Shown here: one piece after another, positions 1 to 9,751 of the stretch
Position numbering within the stretch: the stretch's first letter is position 1
How the letters are laid out: each line of letters opens with the position of its first letter
NCBI GenBank assembly: GCA_963666055.2
Contig: CAXWPH010000009.1
Coordinates: 1 to 64,000, forward strand
Length of the DNA stretch: 64,000 bases
DNA from: Acidobacteriota bacterium
GTDB lineage: Bacteria; Acidobacteriota; UBA890; WLXD01
Direction: 5' to 3'
Made by a program: the position numbers and the translations under genes
Notes under the pieces: model-generated
What the model was told of the DNA's origin: nothing
Seen by the model: the letters and a program-made list of their open reading frames with translations, nothing else
The model's database searches: none

Positions 1-49
1 GGTGGGCCGACACGGGTGCTGGCCGTCGTGCCGCTGAGCTGATCGCCTT

Positions 50-218
50 TAGCAGGGTGCTGAAGAACTCTGGTGGGTCTTGGTTACGGCGTCGTGGAGC
101 CATCTGCAGCGTTGGCCCTCCTGGACGATACGACAAGCATCGCCTGCGTCGCGCCGCCTTGCATCTGGCCCCACGACGCCGTAACCAAGACCCACCAGAG
201 TTCTTCAGCACCCTGCTA
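50..218. mobile_element. MITE-like / REP-like inverted-repeat element
   Basis: Perfect 48-bp inverted repeat (50-97 vs 171-218) with TA at both ends. The ends (TAGCAGGGTGCTGAAGAA) resemble IS5/IS1182-type termini. No transposase inside. Confidence 0.75.
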
Positions 219-1346
219 GTACTCGCGGAAGATTCGCCGCAGCTCGTCCGTATCCTCGGTGTGCATCAACGCCACCATCAACAGAACGCGAGCTTTCTGG
301 GGCAGCAGGTCGTGGCCGGCGAGCGTGCCGCAGCGACCGGATCCGACCCAGCCCGCCCCCGTGTGGCTGGAGCGAACGACGAAGGTGCCCGCCTCAACCA
401 CCTCGCAGGCCGCCTGTTGTTGGCCGGGGGTCGTCGACCCGGCACCCGAGCCGGCCAGCACGATACCGCGAGAGCCGGCTGCCGCAAACGCCCGGATATC
501 GGTACCGTCGGCACCGTTGTACGTGTACGAGATATCAATACGCGGCAGATCATCGGTGGTCTTGTCAGACACATCGAACTCGCTCCGGAAGGTGTGCCGG
601 CGTTCGACCCGACGGTGATAGATCGGTCCATCCGGCTCGACAGTGCCGACCGCACCCCAGCTTCGCGACTGAAATGTCTGCACTCGGTTGGCATGCGTCT
701 TGGTAGCATCGCGCGCCGCGTTGATTTCCTGATTGAGCACTACGAGCGCACCTCGACCACGAGAATCCGGGTACGCCGCCACCTGTATGGCGTTCAGCAA
801 GTTCAGGGGACCATCGGCCGAGGTTGCGGTCGCAGGGCGCATGGCGCCCACCAGCACGATCGGCTTCGGGGTCCGAACGGTGAGGTTGAGAAAGTACGCC
901 GTCTCCTCGAGGGCGTCCGTTCCGTGTGTTACCACCACGCCGTCGACCTCGCGATTGCCGGCGCCGCCGAGCAAGATGGCGTTGATTCGCTGCGCTAGCG
1001 CCAGCCAGTCGGCCGGCGCCAGCGACGTCGAGCTAACGTTGCTGAACTGCTCGGAGCTGACGTCGGCGACCGCGTCCAGCCCAGGGACAGCGGCCAGCAG
1101 CTCCTCGATTGGGATCGCCCCCGACCGGTACCCTGCGACGGTCCCGGGGTCGCCGCGGCCGGCGATCGTTCCCCCGGTGGCGACGACACGGACGTGGGCG
1201 CGGAGCGCCGCCCGCTGCGCCGCGTGGTGCGCCGCGGGCTCTGGCGCCACGCCAAAGCTCGTGGGGCCGGCCCATCCTAGACTCCACACGCCGGCGATGA
1301 AGATACGCGCGGCGCGGCGCGCTGTGGTGGGTGGGCAAGGATTCAT
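216..1346 (-). CDS. L-asparaginase, type II-like, probably exported
   Basis: Motifs ATGGTIAG, VVTHGTDALEETAYFL, GAMRP, SADGPLNL; N-terminal signal-like stretch. Confidence 0.92.
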   Translation of the reverse strand: MNPCPPTTARRAARIFIAGVWSLGWAGPTSFGVAPEPAAHHAAQRAALRAHVRVVATGGTIAGRGDPGTVAGYRSGAIPIEELLAAVPGLDAVADVSSEQFSNVSSTSLAPADWLALAQRINAILLGGAGNREVDGVVVTHGTDALEETAYFLNLTVRTPKPIVLVGAMRPATATSADGPLNLLNAIQVAAYPDSRGRGALVVLNQEINAARDATKTHANRVQTFQSRSWGAVGTVEPDGPIYHRRVERRHTFRSEFDVSDKTTDDLPRIDISYTYNGADGTDIRAFAAAGSRGIVLAGSGAGSTTPGQQQAACEVVEAGTFVVRSSHTGAGWVGSGRCGTLAGHDLLPQKARVLLMVALMHTEDTDELRRIFREY

Positions 1347-1495
1347 GGCAACCCCGGAGAGCAGATGCGGGAACATTCAGAAGCGGCGCAATCTTATCTG
1401 GTCGGCGAGGCACGCCATACTTGCGAGCCGCCACCGCGGAGCTCGCAGCAGTTGAGCTTCGCGGCTGAACGCAGTCTTGCGGATTGAGAGGGCGA

Positions 1496-2161
1496 TCAGT
1501 CTGGCCGGCCGTACCGCCGCAAGCCCTGAGCCGACGCCATCAGCACCATGTCGGCTCCGCGCCGAGCGAAGATGCCGCAAGTGATCACCCCGGGAATCGT
1601 CTCGAGCTCGAGCTCGAGCGCCAGCGGGTCGGTGGCGCGAAGCCCGCGAACGTCGACAATCGGGTTGCCATGGTCGGTGATCGTCTGCGGCCGCGGCAAC
1701 GGGTCACCGCCGAGCTCACGAACTCGCCGACATACCGCCTCGACGGCCATCGGAATCACCTCGAGCGGAACGGGAAACTCGCCGAGCACATCGACGCGCT
1801 TGGTTTCGTCGACAATGCACACAAAAATCTCCGCCGCCGAGACGAGGATCTTCTCGGCGGTCAGCGCCGCGCCACCCCCTTTGATCAGCGACAGACCAGG
1901 ATCGAACTCATCGGCACCGTCGACGTAGACTGGGAGGCGCTCTACCTGGTTCAAATCGACAACCTTGACGCCGATTGCCCGCAGCCGCTCCGAGCTAGCC
2001 TGCGAGGCGGAGACCGCCGCCGGCAGCTGATCGGCGATCGTCGACAGCACGGCGATGAAATGGTTGACGGTCGAACCGCTGCCGACGCCAAGCACCTCGC
2101 CAGGCCGGACGAACTCCACCGCCGCCTCGGCGACTTGCCGCTTCTGCGCCTCGCTGCTCAT
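1496..2161 (-). CDS. rpiA: ribose-5-phosphate isomerase A
   Basis: Motifs GVGSGST, DGADE, IKGGGAALTAEKI. Confidence 0.96.
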   Translation of the reverse strand: MSSEAQKRQVAEAAVEFVRPGEVLGVGSGSTVNHFIAVLSTIADQLPAAVSASQASSERLRAIGVKVVDLNQVERLPVYVDGADEFDPGLSLIKGGGAALTAEKILVSAAEIFVCIVDETKRVDVLGEFPVPLEVIPMAVEAVCRRVRELGGDPLPRPQTITDHGNPIVDVRGLRATDPLALELELETIPGVITCGIFARRGADMVLMASAQGLRRYGRPD

Positions 2162-2216
2162 GTGTGCACGCTATCCGGCGGCGGGACTCGCGTCCGTGTC
2201 GGAACCGCCGCCCGAC

Positions 2217-3143
2217 TCAGACTACGAGTTGCTCGATACGGTGAACCCGGTCCTCGATGGGCGGATGGGTTGAAAACAGCCCCTTGGCCCGTTTTTCCCA
2301 GCGCTTGATCGGCTGCACAATATACATGTGTGCGGTGGCTCGATTGGCCACCTCGAGCACCTCGCGATCACCTCCGAGCTTGCGCAGGGCAGCGATCATG
2401 GCGTCGGGATTGCGCGTCAGCTCGACTGCTCCGGCGTCGGCGAAGTACTCGCGCTCACGCGACGCTGCCAGCTGAATGAGCCTCGCCAGTATCGGTGCGG
2501 CCAGCGACAGCAGAATCGCCAGGATGAGCAACACCGCTCCGCCACCGCCATCGCGCGAGCCGCCGCTGCGGGAGCTCCTGGACGCACCGCGATAGCGCAT
2601 GCTGCGCCAGGAAAAATCGGTGATCAGCACGACCGTTCCGACGAGAGTAGTCAAGAGCATTGCCAAGCGGATATCGAAGTGGCGAACGTGGGAGAGCTCG
2701 TGCGCAAGCACGGCCTGTAGCTCGTCGCGCGACAGGCGCTGCCGCAGCCCGGTGGTGATCGCCACCGCGGCGTGCTCCGGGTCGCGCCCCGTGGCGAAGG
2801 CGTTTAGTGCCGAGTCGTCGATCAGGTAGACCGCCGGCACCGGCATTCCGGCGGCAATCGCGAGCTCGTCGACGACGTTGTGTAGCTGCGAATCCTCGTC
2901 GCGGCTGACCTTGCGAGCACCGCTCATTCCCAGGATCGCGGCGCCGCCGCCGTAGTAGCTCCAGGTCGCCACCAGCACCGCACCGCCGCTGCCAATCACA
3001 GCAAGCGTCAGCGCCCCACTCACACCCGCGTCGAACAAACCGGCGCCCAAAACCCCCACCAGCAGGCCGATGAAGAGCACGAACACGATCACCAGCAGAG
3101 CGCTGTTGCGACGGTTCCGGGCGATCAAATCGTGGTAGGTCAC
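2217..3143 (-). CDS. htpX: HtpX-like M48 zinc metalloprotease
   Basis: Motifs NAFATG, HELSH, SREREYFADA, FSTHPP; downstream of lemA. Confidence 0.9.
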   Translation of the reverse strand: MTYHDLIARNRRNSALLVIVFVLFIGLLVGVLGAGLFDAGVSGALTLAVIGSGGAVLVATWSYYGGGAAILGMSGARKVSRDEDSQLHNVVDELAIAAGMPVPAVYLIDDSALNAFATGRDPEHAAVAITTGLRQRLSRDELQAVLAHELSHVRHFDIRLAMLLTTLVGTVVLITDFSWRSMRYRGASRSSRSGGSRDGGGGAVLLILAILLSLAAPILARLIQLAASREREYFADAGAVELTRNPDAMIAALRKLGGDREVLEVANRATAHMYIVQPIKRWEKRAKGLFSTHPPIEDRVHRIEQLVV

Positions 3144-3171
3144 CCCCGCCCGCTCCCTGACTCAGCCGCGC

Positions 3172-3726
3172 TCAGAACTTGACTTGCGGAGCCTCCCGTT
3201 GCTCCGCTTCCTCAAGCTCGAAGAAATCGCGGTGTTGGAAACCAAACGCCCCCGCGAAAAAGTTGTCGGGAACGCTCTCGATGCGCGTGTTGTACTGGCG
3301 CACGCTGTCGTTGTAGTGCTGGCGCGCGAAGGCGATCTTGTTTTCGGTCGACGTCAGCTCTTCCTGGAGCTGACCGAAGTTCTGGTTCGCTTTCAGATCA
3401 GGGTAGGCCTCCGACAGCGCGAACAGCTTTCGCAGCGCGCCGCTGATCATGTTCTCGGCCTGCGCCTGCTCTTGCACGGTGCCAGCGTCTATTCCCGCCT
3501 GCCGAGCCTTGACCACGGCTTCGAAGGTCTCACGCTCGTGACTAGCATAGCCCTTGACCGTCTCGATCAGGTTGGGAATCAGGTCGTAGCGGCGCTTGAG
3601 CTGCACATCGATCGCCGCCCAGGCATCCTGGCAGCGCACTTTCAGCCGTACCAACCGGTTGTAGACACTGACCAGCCAGCCGCCGACAACGGCCAACAGC
3701 CCCAGAAGACCGAGGAAGCCAAACAT
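3172..3726 (-). CDS. lemA: LemA family protein
   Basis: Motifs IDVQLKRRYDLIPNL, EAYPDLKANQNF, ENKIAFARQHYN. Confidence 0.95.
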   Translation of the reverse strand: MFGFLGLLGLLAVVGGWLVSVYNRLVRLKVRCQDAWAAIDVQLKRRYDLIPNLIETVKGYASHERETFEAVVKARQAGIDAGTVQEQAQAENMISGALRKLFALSEAYPDLKANQNFGQLQEELTSTENKIAFARQHYNDSVRQYNTRIESVPDNFFAGAFGFQHRDFFELEEAEQREAPQVKF

Positions 3727-3730
3727 CAGG

Positions 3731-4792
3731 TCACTCCTGGCCTGCCGCCACCGGCTCGCTGATCTCAGCCGTCCTGTTCGATTCGCGGCCACCGACTTCT
3801 TTGGCCTCGAGGAAGGGGATCTGGCGGCGTAGGCGAGCCCCAACCTCCTCGATCGGATGTTGATGCTCGCGGGCGCGACGGGCGTTGAATTCCACCAGAC
3901 CGGTGCGATTCTCCTCGACCCAGCCTCTCGCGTAGGTACCGTCACGCACGTCCGCGAGTATCTGCCGCATCTCGGCGCGCGTCTCCTCGGTCACCAGGCG
4001 CGAGCCACCTTGATAGCCGCCGTGCTCGGCAGTATCCGAGACGCTGTGCCACATGTAGGACAACCCGCCCTGGTACATCAAGTCGACGATGAGCTTGAGC
4101 TCGTGCATGCACTCGAAGTAGGCGATCTCGGGCTGGTAGCCGGCCTCGACAAGGGTCTCGAACCCGGCGCGGACCAGGGCGGACACGCCCCCACACAGCA
4201 CCGCCTGCTCGCCGAAGAGATCGGTCTCGGTCTCCTCGGTGAACGTGGTCTCCACCACTCCGGCACGAGCACAGCCGATCCCAGCCGCGTAGGCGAGGGC
4301 GTTCTGCAGGGCGCGGCCGCTGGGATCGCGCTCCACCGCCACCAGGCCCGGCGTGCCGGCTCCCTCCTGGAACAGCTCGCGCACTCGATGCCCCGGCGAC
4401 TTCGGCGCCACCATCGATACGTCGATTCCTTTTTGGGGGTCGATGAGGCCGTAACGAATGTTGAAGCCGTGCGCGAACATGAGGGTGTCGCCAAGCTTCA
4501 TGCACGGCGCGATCTGGTTCTTGTATACGTCCGCCTGACACGTGTCCGGTGTCAGGATCATCACCACATTGGCCTGCTCGGCCGCCTCTTCGATGCTCGC
4601 CACCGTGAGGCCGGCGGCGGCCGCCTCCTCTCGGCTGGCGCTGCCATCTCTCAAGCCGACGATGACCCGCACGCCGGAATCGTGAAGGTTGAGGGCATGC
4701 GCGTGCCCCTGGCTACCGTAGCCGATGATCGCCACCGTGCTGTTGATGATGTCCGCGGTATCGGCGTCTTTGTCGTAATAGATGCGTGCCAT
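3731..4792 (-). CDS. ilvC: ketol-acid reductoisomerase
   Basis: Motifs [38 protein letters not shown]. Confidence 0.97.
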   Translation of the reverse strand: MARIYYDKDADTADIINSTVAIIGYGSQGHAHALNLHDSGVRVIVGLRDGSASREEAAAAGLTVASIEEAAEQANVVMILTPDTCQADVYKNQIAPCMKLGDTLMFAHGFNIRYGLIDPQKGIDVSMVAPKSPGHRVRELFQEGAGTPGLVAVERDPSGRALQNALAYAAGIGCARAGVVETTFTEETETDLFGEQAVLCGGVSALVRAGFETLVEAGYQPEIAYFECMHELKLIVDLMYQGGLSYMWHSVSDTAEHGGYQGGSRLVTEETRAEMRQILADVRDGTYARGWVEENRTGLVEFNARRAREHQHPIEEVGARLRRQIPFLEAKEVGGRESNRTAEISEPVAAGQE

Positions 4793-4815
4793 GGTCACTC
4801 CTCGTCGCCCTTTTT

Positions 4816-5346
4816 TCAGCTGCGCTTATTCTGTATCGCGTGCTGCAACGTGCGTTCGCCCTTGCCCATGGCAATGGCGCCGTGTCGGGCCAGCTCGAGA
4901 ATCCCGAGCGGCTCGAGCTTTTTGGTCAGGCTGTCGATCTTGTCGGCTTCTCCGCTCATCTCGATAATCACCGCCCCCGGCGAATCATCGATGACATGGG
5001 CCCCGTATTCGCGACAAACCTCGTTGATACGCGGAAGATTATCGTCCGCGCCTGCCACCTTGATCAGCGCCAGGTCGCGAGCGACATGCGGTCGGCGCAC
5101 TATGTTCTCGACATGCTGCACGCAGATCAACCGGGCAAGCTGCTTGGTGACCCGTAACGCGTCGTCGGCATCGCCGCGTATCACCAGCGTCAACTGTAGC
5201 TTGCTGTCGTCAGCGGTGCGCGACACGCTGATCGTCTCCAGCAGCACCTGGCGGCTGCGCAGCAACCCGGTGACGCGCCCGACGACGTCCTGACCGGAAC
5301 ACACCAGGACAACCAGGGTCTGCCGATCCAACGACTCGGGGTCCAC
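4816..5346 (-). CDS. ilvN: acetolactate synthase small (regulatory) subunit, divergent ACT domain
   Basis: Lies between ilvB and ilvC; motifs [21 protein letters not shown]. Confidence 0.88.
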   Translation of the reverse strand: MDPESLDRQTLVVLVCSGQDVVGRVTGLLRSRQVLLETISVSRTADDSKLQLTLVIRGDADDALRVTKQLARLICVQHVENIVRRPHVARDLALIKVAGADDNLPRINEVCREYGAHVIDDSPGAVIIEMSGEADKIDSLTKKLEPLGILELARHGAIAMGKGERTLQHAIQNKRS

Positions 5347-7047
5347 CTACGACTCGACTTTCTGCATGCGCTTTCGTTCCCGCCGGATCATGCTGTTGAG
5401 CGCCGCACCCGCCGCCACCATCGGATACACGACGTCGTGCTGTTCCACGACGAATTCGATCAAGAATGGCGTACCCTTGTGCTCCCGCGCCCGGCGCACT
5501 GCCACATCGACTTCGTCTCTCTCGGTAACGCGACACGCCGGAATGCCGAAAGCACCGGCCAAGCGGCGGAAGTCCGGATGGAACATCGGCGTGGCGTTGT
5601 AGCGTCGCTGGTGGAACAACTCCTGCCACTGACGAACCATGCCCAGGTAGCCATTGTTGATGATGGCGATCTTGACCTCCACGCCCTCTTGAACGGCGGT
5701 TGCGAGCTCCGGCATGGTCATCTGGAAGCCGCCGTCGCCGACAATCGCCCAGACCTCTTCCTCGGGGCGTGCCATCTTCACACCGATTGCCGCTGGTAGC
5801 GCAAAGCCCATCGTTCCCATGCCGCCGCTGGTGATCAGCGTCCCGGGACGATCGTGCGGGTAGTATTGCGCCTCCCACATCTGATGCTGGCCCACATCAG
5901 TCACCGAGATCGCCTCGCCGTCCGTGCTACGCCACAGTTCGTGGATGGCGTGCGCTGCCAGGAAGCTGTCCGGGTCGGGCGGGTGCGTGAGGATGTCGCG
6001 ATCAGCGTCGTCACTCTGCCATGTGCGGATCTTGTCGATCCAGCCCTGATGATCGGCAGGCTCGAGCCCCGCTGCCATCGCCCGGATCCAGTCACCCACG
6101 TCGGCGACGGTGCCAACCTCCACATGGATCAGCTTGTTAATCTCAGCCGCGTCGATGTCGATATGGATCTTCTTGGAGTGGGGCGAGTACTCCGACAGCT
6201 TCCCGGTGACGCGGTCGTCGAACCGCATGCCGAGCGCTAGCAACAGATCGGCATCCTGGATGGCATTGTTGGCCGCAGCCTCTCCGTGCATCCCCATCAT
6301 GCCGAGCGACAGCGCATGCGTCTGCGGGAAACCGCCCTTGCCGAGGAGGGTTTGAGTCACGGGAATGTGCAACGTCTCGGCGAACGCCACGAGCTCGTTG
6401 TGGGCTGCCGAAATGATGACCCCGTGCCCGGCCAGGATGACCGGGCGCTCGCTGGCGCGCAGCAGCTCGTGGGCGCGCTCGAGCTCCTCGCTGGGGATTG
6501 CCACCGGTTCGTCGGCGTAGACGGGCCGAGGCCCCAGCTCGGCGGTCTCCAGCTGTACGTCCTTGGGAATATCGATCAGTACCGGCCCCGGCCGGCCACG
6601 GCGCGCGATGTGGAACGCTTCGTGGATCGCCGGTCCGAGCTCCGCGGCAGTGCGCACCAGGACGCTGTGCTTGGTAATCGGCAAGGTGATGCCGATGATG
6701 TCGGTCTCCTGGAAGCCATCCGTCCCCATCAAGTGCTGCGGGATCTGACCGGTAATGAACACCACCGACGACGAGTCCATCATCGCAGTAGCAATGCCCG
6801 TCACCAGATTGGTAGCGCCGGGTCCACTGGTGGCGATCGCCACCCCCACCTTGCCGCTGGCGCGGGCGTAGCCGTCGGCCATGTGCGCGGCGCCCTGCTC
6901 ATGGCGTGTCAGCACGTGGTGAACCTGCGGATACTTGCTGTGCGCGTCGTAGGTCGGCAGAATCGCGCCGCCCGGATACCCGAACACGACGTCGGCACCC
7001 TCGCGAACGAGACACTCCCATACGATCTCCGCACCGGTGAGCTTCAT
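5347..7047 (-). CDS. ilvB: acetolactate synthase large subunit
   Basis: Motifs VFGYPGGAILP, RHEQGAAHMADGYAR, GDGGFQM, NNGYLGMVRQWQ. Confidence 0.97.
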   Translation of the reverse strand: MKLTGAEIVWECLVREGADVVFGYPGGAILPTYDAHSKYPQVHHVLTRHEQGAAHMADGYARASGKVGVAIATSGPGATNLVTGIATAMMDSSSVVFITGQIPQHLMGTDGFQETDIIGITLPITKHSVLVRTAAELGPAIHEAFHIARRGRPGPVLIDIPKDVQLETAELGPRPVYADEPVAIPSEELERAHELLRASERPVILAGHGVIISAAHNELVAFAETLHIPVTQTLLGKGGFPQTHALSLGMMGMHGEAAANNAIQDADLLLALGMRFDDRVTGKLSEYSPHSKKIHIDIDAAEINKLIHVEVGTVADVGDWIRAMAAGLEPADHQGWIDKIRTWQSDDADRDILTHPPDPDSFLAAHAIHELWRSTDGEAISVTDVGQHQMWEAQYYPHDRPGTLITSGGMGTMGFALPAAIGVKMARPEEEVWAIVGDGGFQMTMPELATAVQEGVEVKIAIINNGYLGMVRQWQELFHQRRYNATPMFHPDFRRLAGAFGIPACRVTERDEVDVAVRRAREHKGTPFLIEFVVEQHDVVYPMVAAGAALNSMIRRERKRMQKVES

Positions 7048-7059
7048 CGGACGACCCTC

Positions 7060-7135
7060 CTATTCGAGGAGCACTGCGCCATCGCTGGCGCGCTGCTGAC
7101 CATGCTCGAGTATCGCCGCCGCCAACAGCGCCACG
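7060..7135 (-). pseudogene. probable C-terminal relic of dihydroxy-acid dehydratase (ilvD)
   Basis: With small frameshifts the minus strand reads RG-LLA-RRYSSMVSS-ASDGAVLLE*, resembling the IlvD C-terminus (GxLAxYAxLVSSASxGAV). It ends just before the ilvB RBS. Confidence 0.55.
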
Positions 7136-7175
7136 GACTCGAGTGTTCTGTAACGGGTTACACGACACTGTCTAC

Positions 7176-7204
7176 AAAAAAGGCTCCCGCGCCCTGCGGG
7201 AGCC
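7176..7204 (-). terminator. intrinsic terminator / probable attenuator upstream of the ilv operon
   Basis: Minus strand GGCTCCCGC-AGGGC-GCGGGAGCC-TTTTTT, about 130 nt upstream of ilvB. Confidence 0.75.
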
Positions 7205-7773
7205 GCGATTCGCCTGGGTGTCTTCGGCGTCTAGTCGGCGGCCCCCGCATCCCCCGGGATTGCTACGTCGCCCAGGGTACCGATGGGGCCGGTAAGCAGG
7301 AGGCTGCCTGGTAGCCCCGAGGAAAGTCCGAGAGACGACCAAGCAAGCAGCGCACGCGCGCCATGCAGCCCTGGCGAGGGCCGTCGCGCGTCAAGCTCAC
7401 TTCTTCGATTTGTCAACTCTCACCTCTCGAATCGCTCAAAAAGCGGACGTTAGCAAGACTCGAGAGCATCGGTCAATAGCGGCGAGAGCCGCCTGAGCAG
7501 AAAGATTCTCGCTCTGAGTGATGCGCGCTGCGAACAGTGCCCGCCAAGGCCCGCTGATGCGGTCACTCGCGCTTGAATCACAGGTTATGCTTACGTTACT
7601 TCCACTGCTCGGTCGATGCGCGCATCCGCGCAGGAGTAGCGGCACAGATCAATTCTCGCCAAGCACGCTGATCAGCGAGCGGGCGATCGCTCGTACCTTC
7701 CACAGATTTCGCCTGCGCTCGTGTTGCGCCTCACTCAGAGAGTCCTCCAGGCAACCTCGGAGAAAGACACCCA

Positions 7774-9741
7774 GTGGCCTCCAACAGCCATAACGGAAAC
7801 GGTACTCGGACGAGTCAGGACCTTGCCTGGCGCGTCGGAGGCGCTCAAGGCAGCGGCGTCGACACCGCGGCGCTCATTTTCCAGCGCGCGTGCGGTATCG
7901 CCGGCCTGCATCTATACGGTCGACGGGAGTATTACTCCAACATCATGGGGCGACATAGCTACTATGACGTCCGCGCCTCGGAGATCCCCCGCACGGGGCA
8001 TCGCGACACCGTCGATCTGCTGACCACATTCGAAGCCGAAACGCTGGTCCGACATATTCTCGCCGTTGGAGAGGGGGGAGGCCTGATCTACACGACCGCC
8101 GATGCCGACATTGCGCTCACCAACATCACGTTTCTCGATAAGCGACTGACCGACGACCTGACCGCCTACCTGGAGGAGCGCGAGCTTCCCGCGACCACCG
8201 CCGGCCTGCTCGAAGACGCACGCAATCGCAGCGTACAGTGCTTCGAGGTCAACTACGACGATATCGTGATTCAGCTGGCCGAGTCGCTGGAGGTGCCACA
8301 AGCGGTTGCGGCGCGTACCAGAAACACGCTGGCGGTGGCGGTCTCGACAGCGCTGCTCGATTTCCGACGCGATTTCGTCAAGAAAGCTCTAGAGCGCACC
8401 TGGCCGGGTCGACAGAAAATCATCGACATGAACGTCGAGGCGGTCGAGCTGACATACAACTACGTCGATGAGCAGTTCGACCGGAGCGACTTCTCGATCG
8501 ATCTAAACCCCGCTGAGACCACTGAGAAACGCATGCTCATCAACGGCAACCAGGCCGTTGCGCTCGGCAAGCTCGCCGGCGGCGTCGCCGTACAGAGCTA
8601 CTACCCGATCTCGCCGGCAACCGATGAAAGTACGTTCCTGGAGGCGCACGAGGAGTTCGGCAGGCGCGACGGCGGCGTCACGAACGTGTTGGTGGTGCAG
8701 ACCGAGGACGAGATCTCGGCGATCACCATGGCAGCGGGTGCAGCGCTGACCGGCGCTCGCGCCTCGACCGCAACGTCGGGGCCAGGCTTCGCGCTCATGT
8801 GTGAGGGCCTTGGCTGGGCGTGCATCAACGAGGTGCCGCTGGTGATCACGCTCTGGCAACGCGGCGGGCCTTCCACCGGCATGCCGACACGCAACGAGCA
8901 GGGCGACCTGCGCATTGCCACCGCCGGGGCGCACGGCGATTTCCCGCTCATCGTCGTGGCCTCGGGCGACATCGTCGAAGCGTTCTACGACGCCGCCGAG
9001 TGCTTCAACTACGCCGACCGCTATCAGACGGTCGTCGTGCATCTCCTTGACAAGGCGTTGTCTAGCTCGTCGCGCACGCTGCCCTACTTCGAACTCGACA
9101 AGGTCACTATCGACCGTGGCAACATCGCGGCGCCCCGCGGTGAGAGCAATGGCACCGCCTTCCCGCGCTTCGAAGTCACGGAGTCGGGTGTCTCGCCGCG
9201 TACGCTGCTCGGTCAGCCTGGCAACGCACACTGGATGACTGGGGGCGAGCACACTCCACAAGGCCGCGTCACCGAGGATCCGGTCATACGCGAGCAGCAG
9301 ATCGAGAAGCGCGCCCGAAAGATGGAGCTGGCGGCGAGGGAGATCTCTCTTGACGAAAAGCTCAAGGTCTACGGTGATCGCCAGGCCGCCCTGACGATTC
9401 TCAGCTGGGGCTCCAACAAGGGAGCCATCCTGGAGACGCTCGATCTTCTCGAGGAGGAGGATGCCGCAGCACGCTTCATCCAGGCGCGCTTGATGCTGCC
9501 TTTCCCCGCCGACGAGTTCAGCGAGCTGCTCCAGGACGCCGCCCCGTTGGTCATCGTCGAGTCGAACTTCTCCGGCCAGTTCAGCCAACTGCTGCGCCAG
9601 CACACCGGAATCAAGCCAGATCACTTGATCGTGAAATACAACGGCCGGCCGATCTCGGCCGAAGAGCTCGTCGTGGCCATCAACGAAATCCGCGCCGGCG
9701 AAGCACCGGCCCGCATCGTGCTTCGCAACCCGCTCCAATAG
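7774..9741 (+). CDS. 2-oxoacid:ferredoxin oxidoreductase alpha subunit
   Basis: Motifs GGAQGSGV, YYPISPAT, EDEISA, TATSGPG, QRGGPSTGMPT. Confidence 0.95.
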   Translation: MASNSHNGNGTRTSQDLAWRVGGAQGSGVDTAALIFQRACGIAGLHLYGRREYYSNIMGRHSYYDVRASEIPRTGHRDTVDLLTTFEAETLVRHILAVGEGGGLIYTTADADIALTNITFLDKRLTDDLTAYLEERELPATTAGLLEDARNRSVQCFEVNYDDIVIQLAESLEVPQAVAARTRNTLAVAVSTALLDFRRDFVKKALERTWPGRQKIIDMNVEAVELTYNYVDEQFDRSDFSIDLNPAETTEKRMLINGNQAVALGKLAGGVAVQSYYPISPATDESTFLEAHEEFGRRDGGVTNVLVVQTEDEISAITMAAGAALTGARASTATSGPGFALMCEGLGWACINEVPLVITLWQRGGPSTGMPTRNEQGDLRIATAGAHGDFPLIVVASGDIVEAFYDAAECFNYADRYQTVVVHLLDKALSSSSRTLPYFELDKVTIDRGNIAAPRGESNGTAFPRFEVTESGVSPRTLLGQPGNAHWMTGGEHTPQGRVTEDPVIREQQIEKRARKMELAAREISLDEKLKVYGDRQAALTILSWGSNKGAILETLDLLEEEDAAARFIQARLMLPFPADEFSELLQDAAPLVIVESNFSGQFSQLLRQHTGIKPDHLIVKYNGRPISAEELVVAINEIRAGEAPARIVLRNPLQ

Positions 9742-9751
9742 GCAGGCTGAC

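Noticed and set aside
57-998. Long antisense ORFs (also 3857-5293, 8503-9933, 40255-41478, 44763-45893)
   Set aside because: Shadow frames of well-supported genes on the opposite strand in high-GC DNA; no recognisable motifs.
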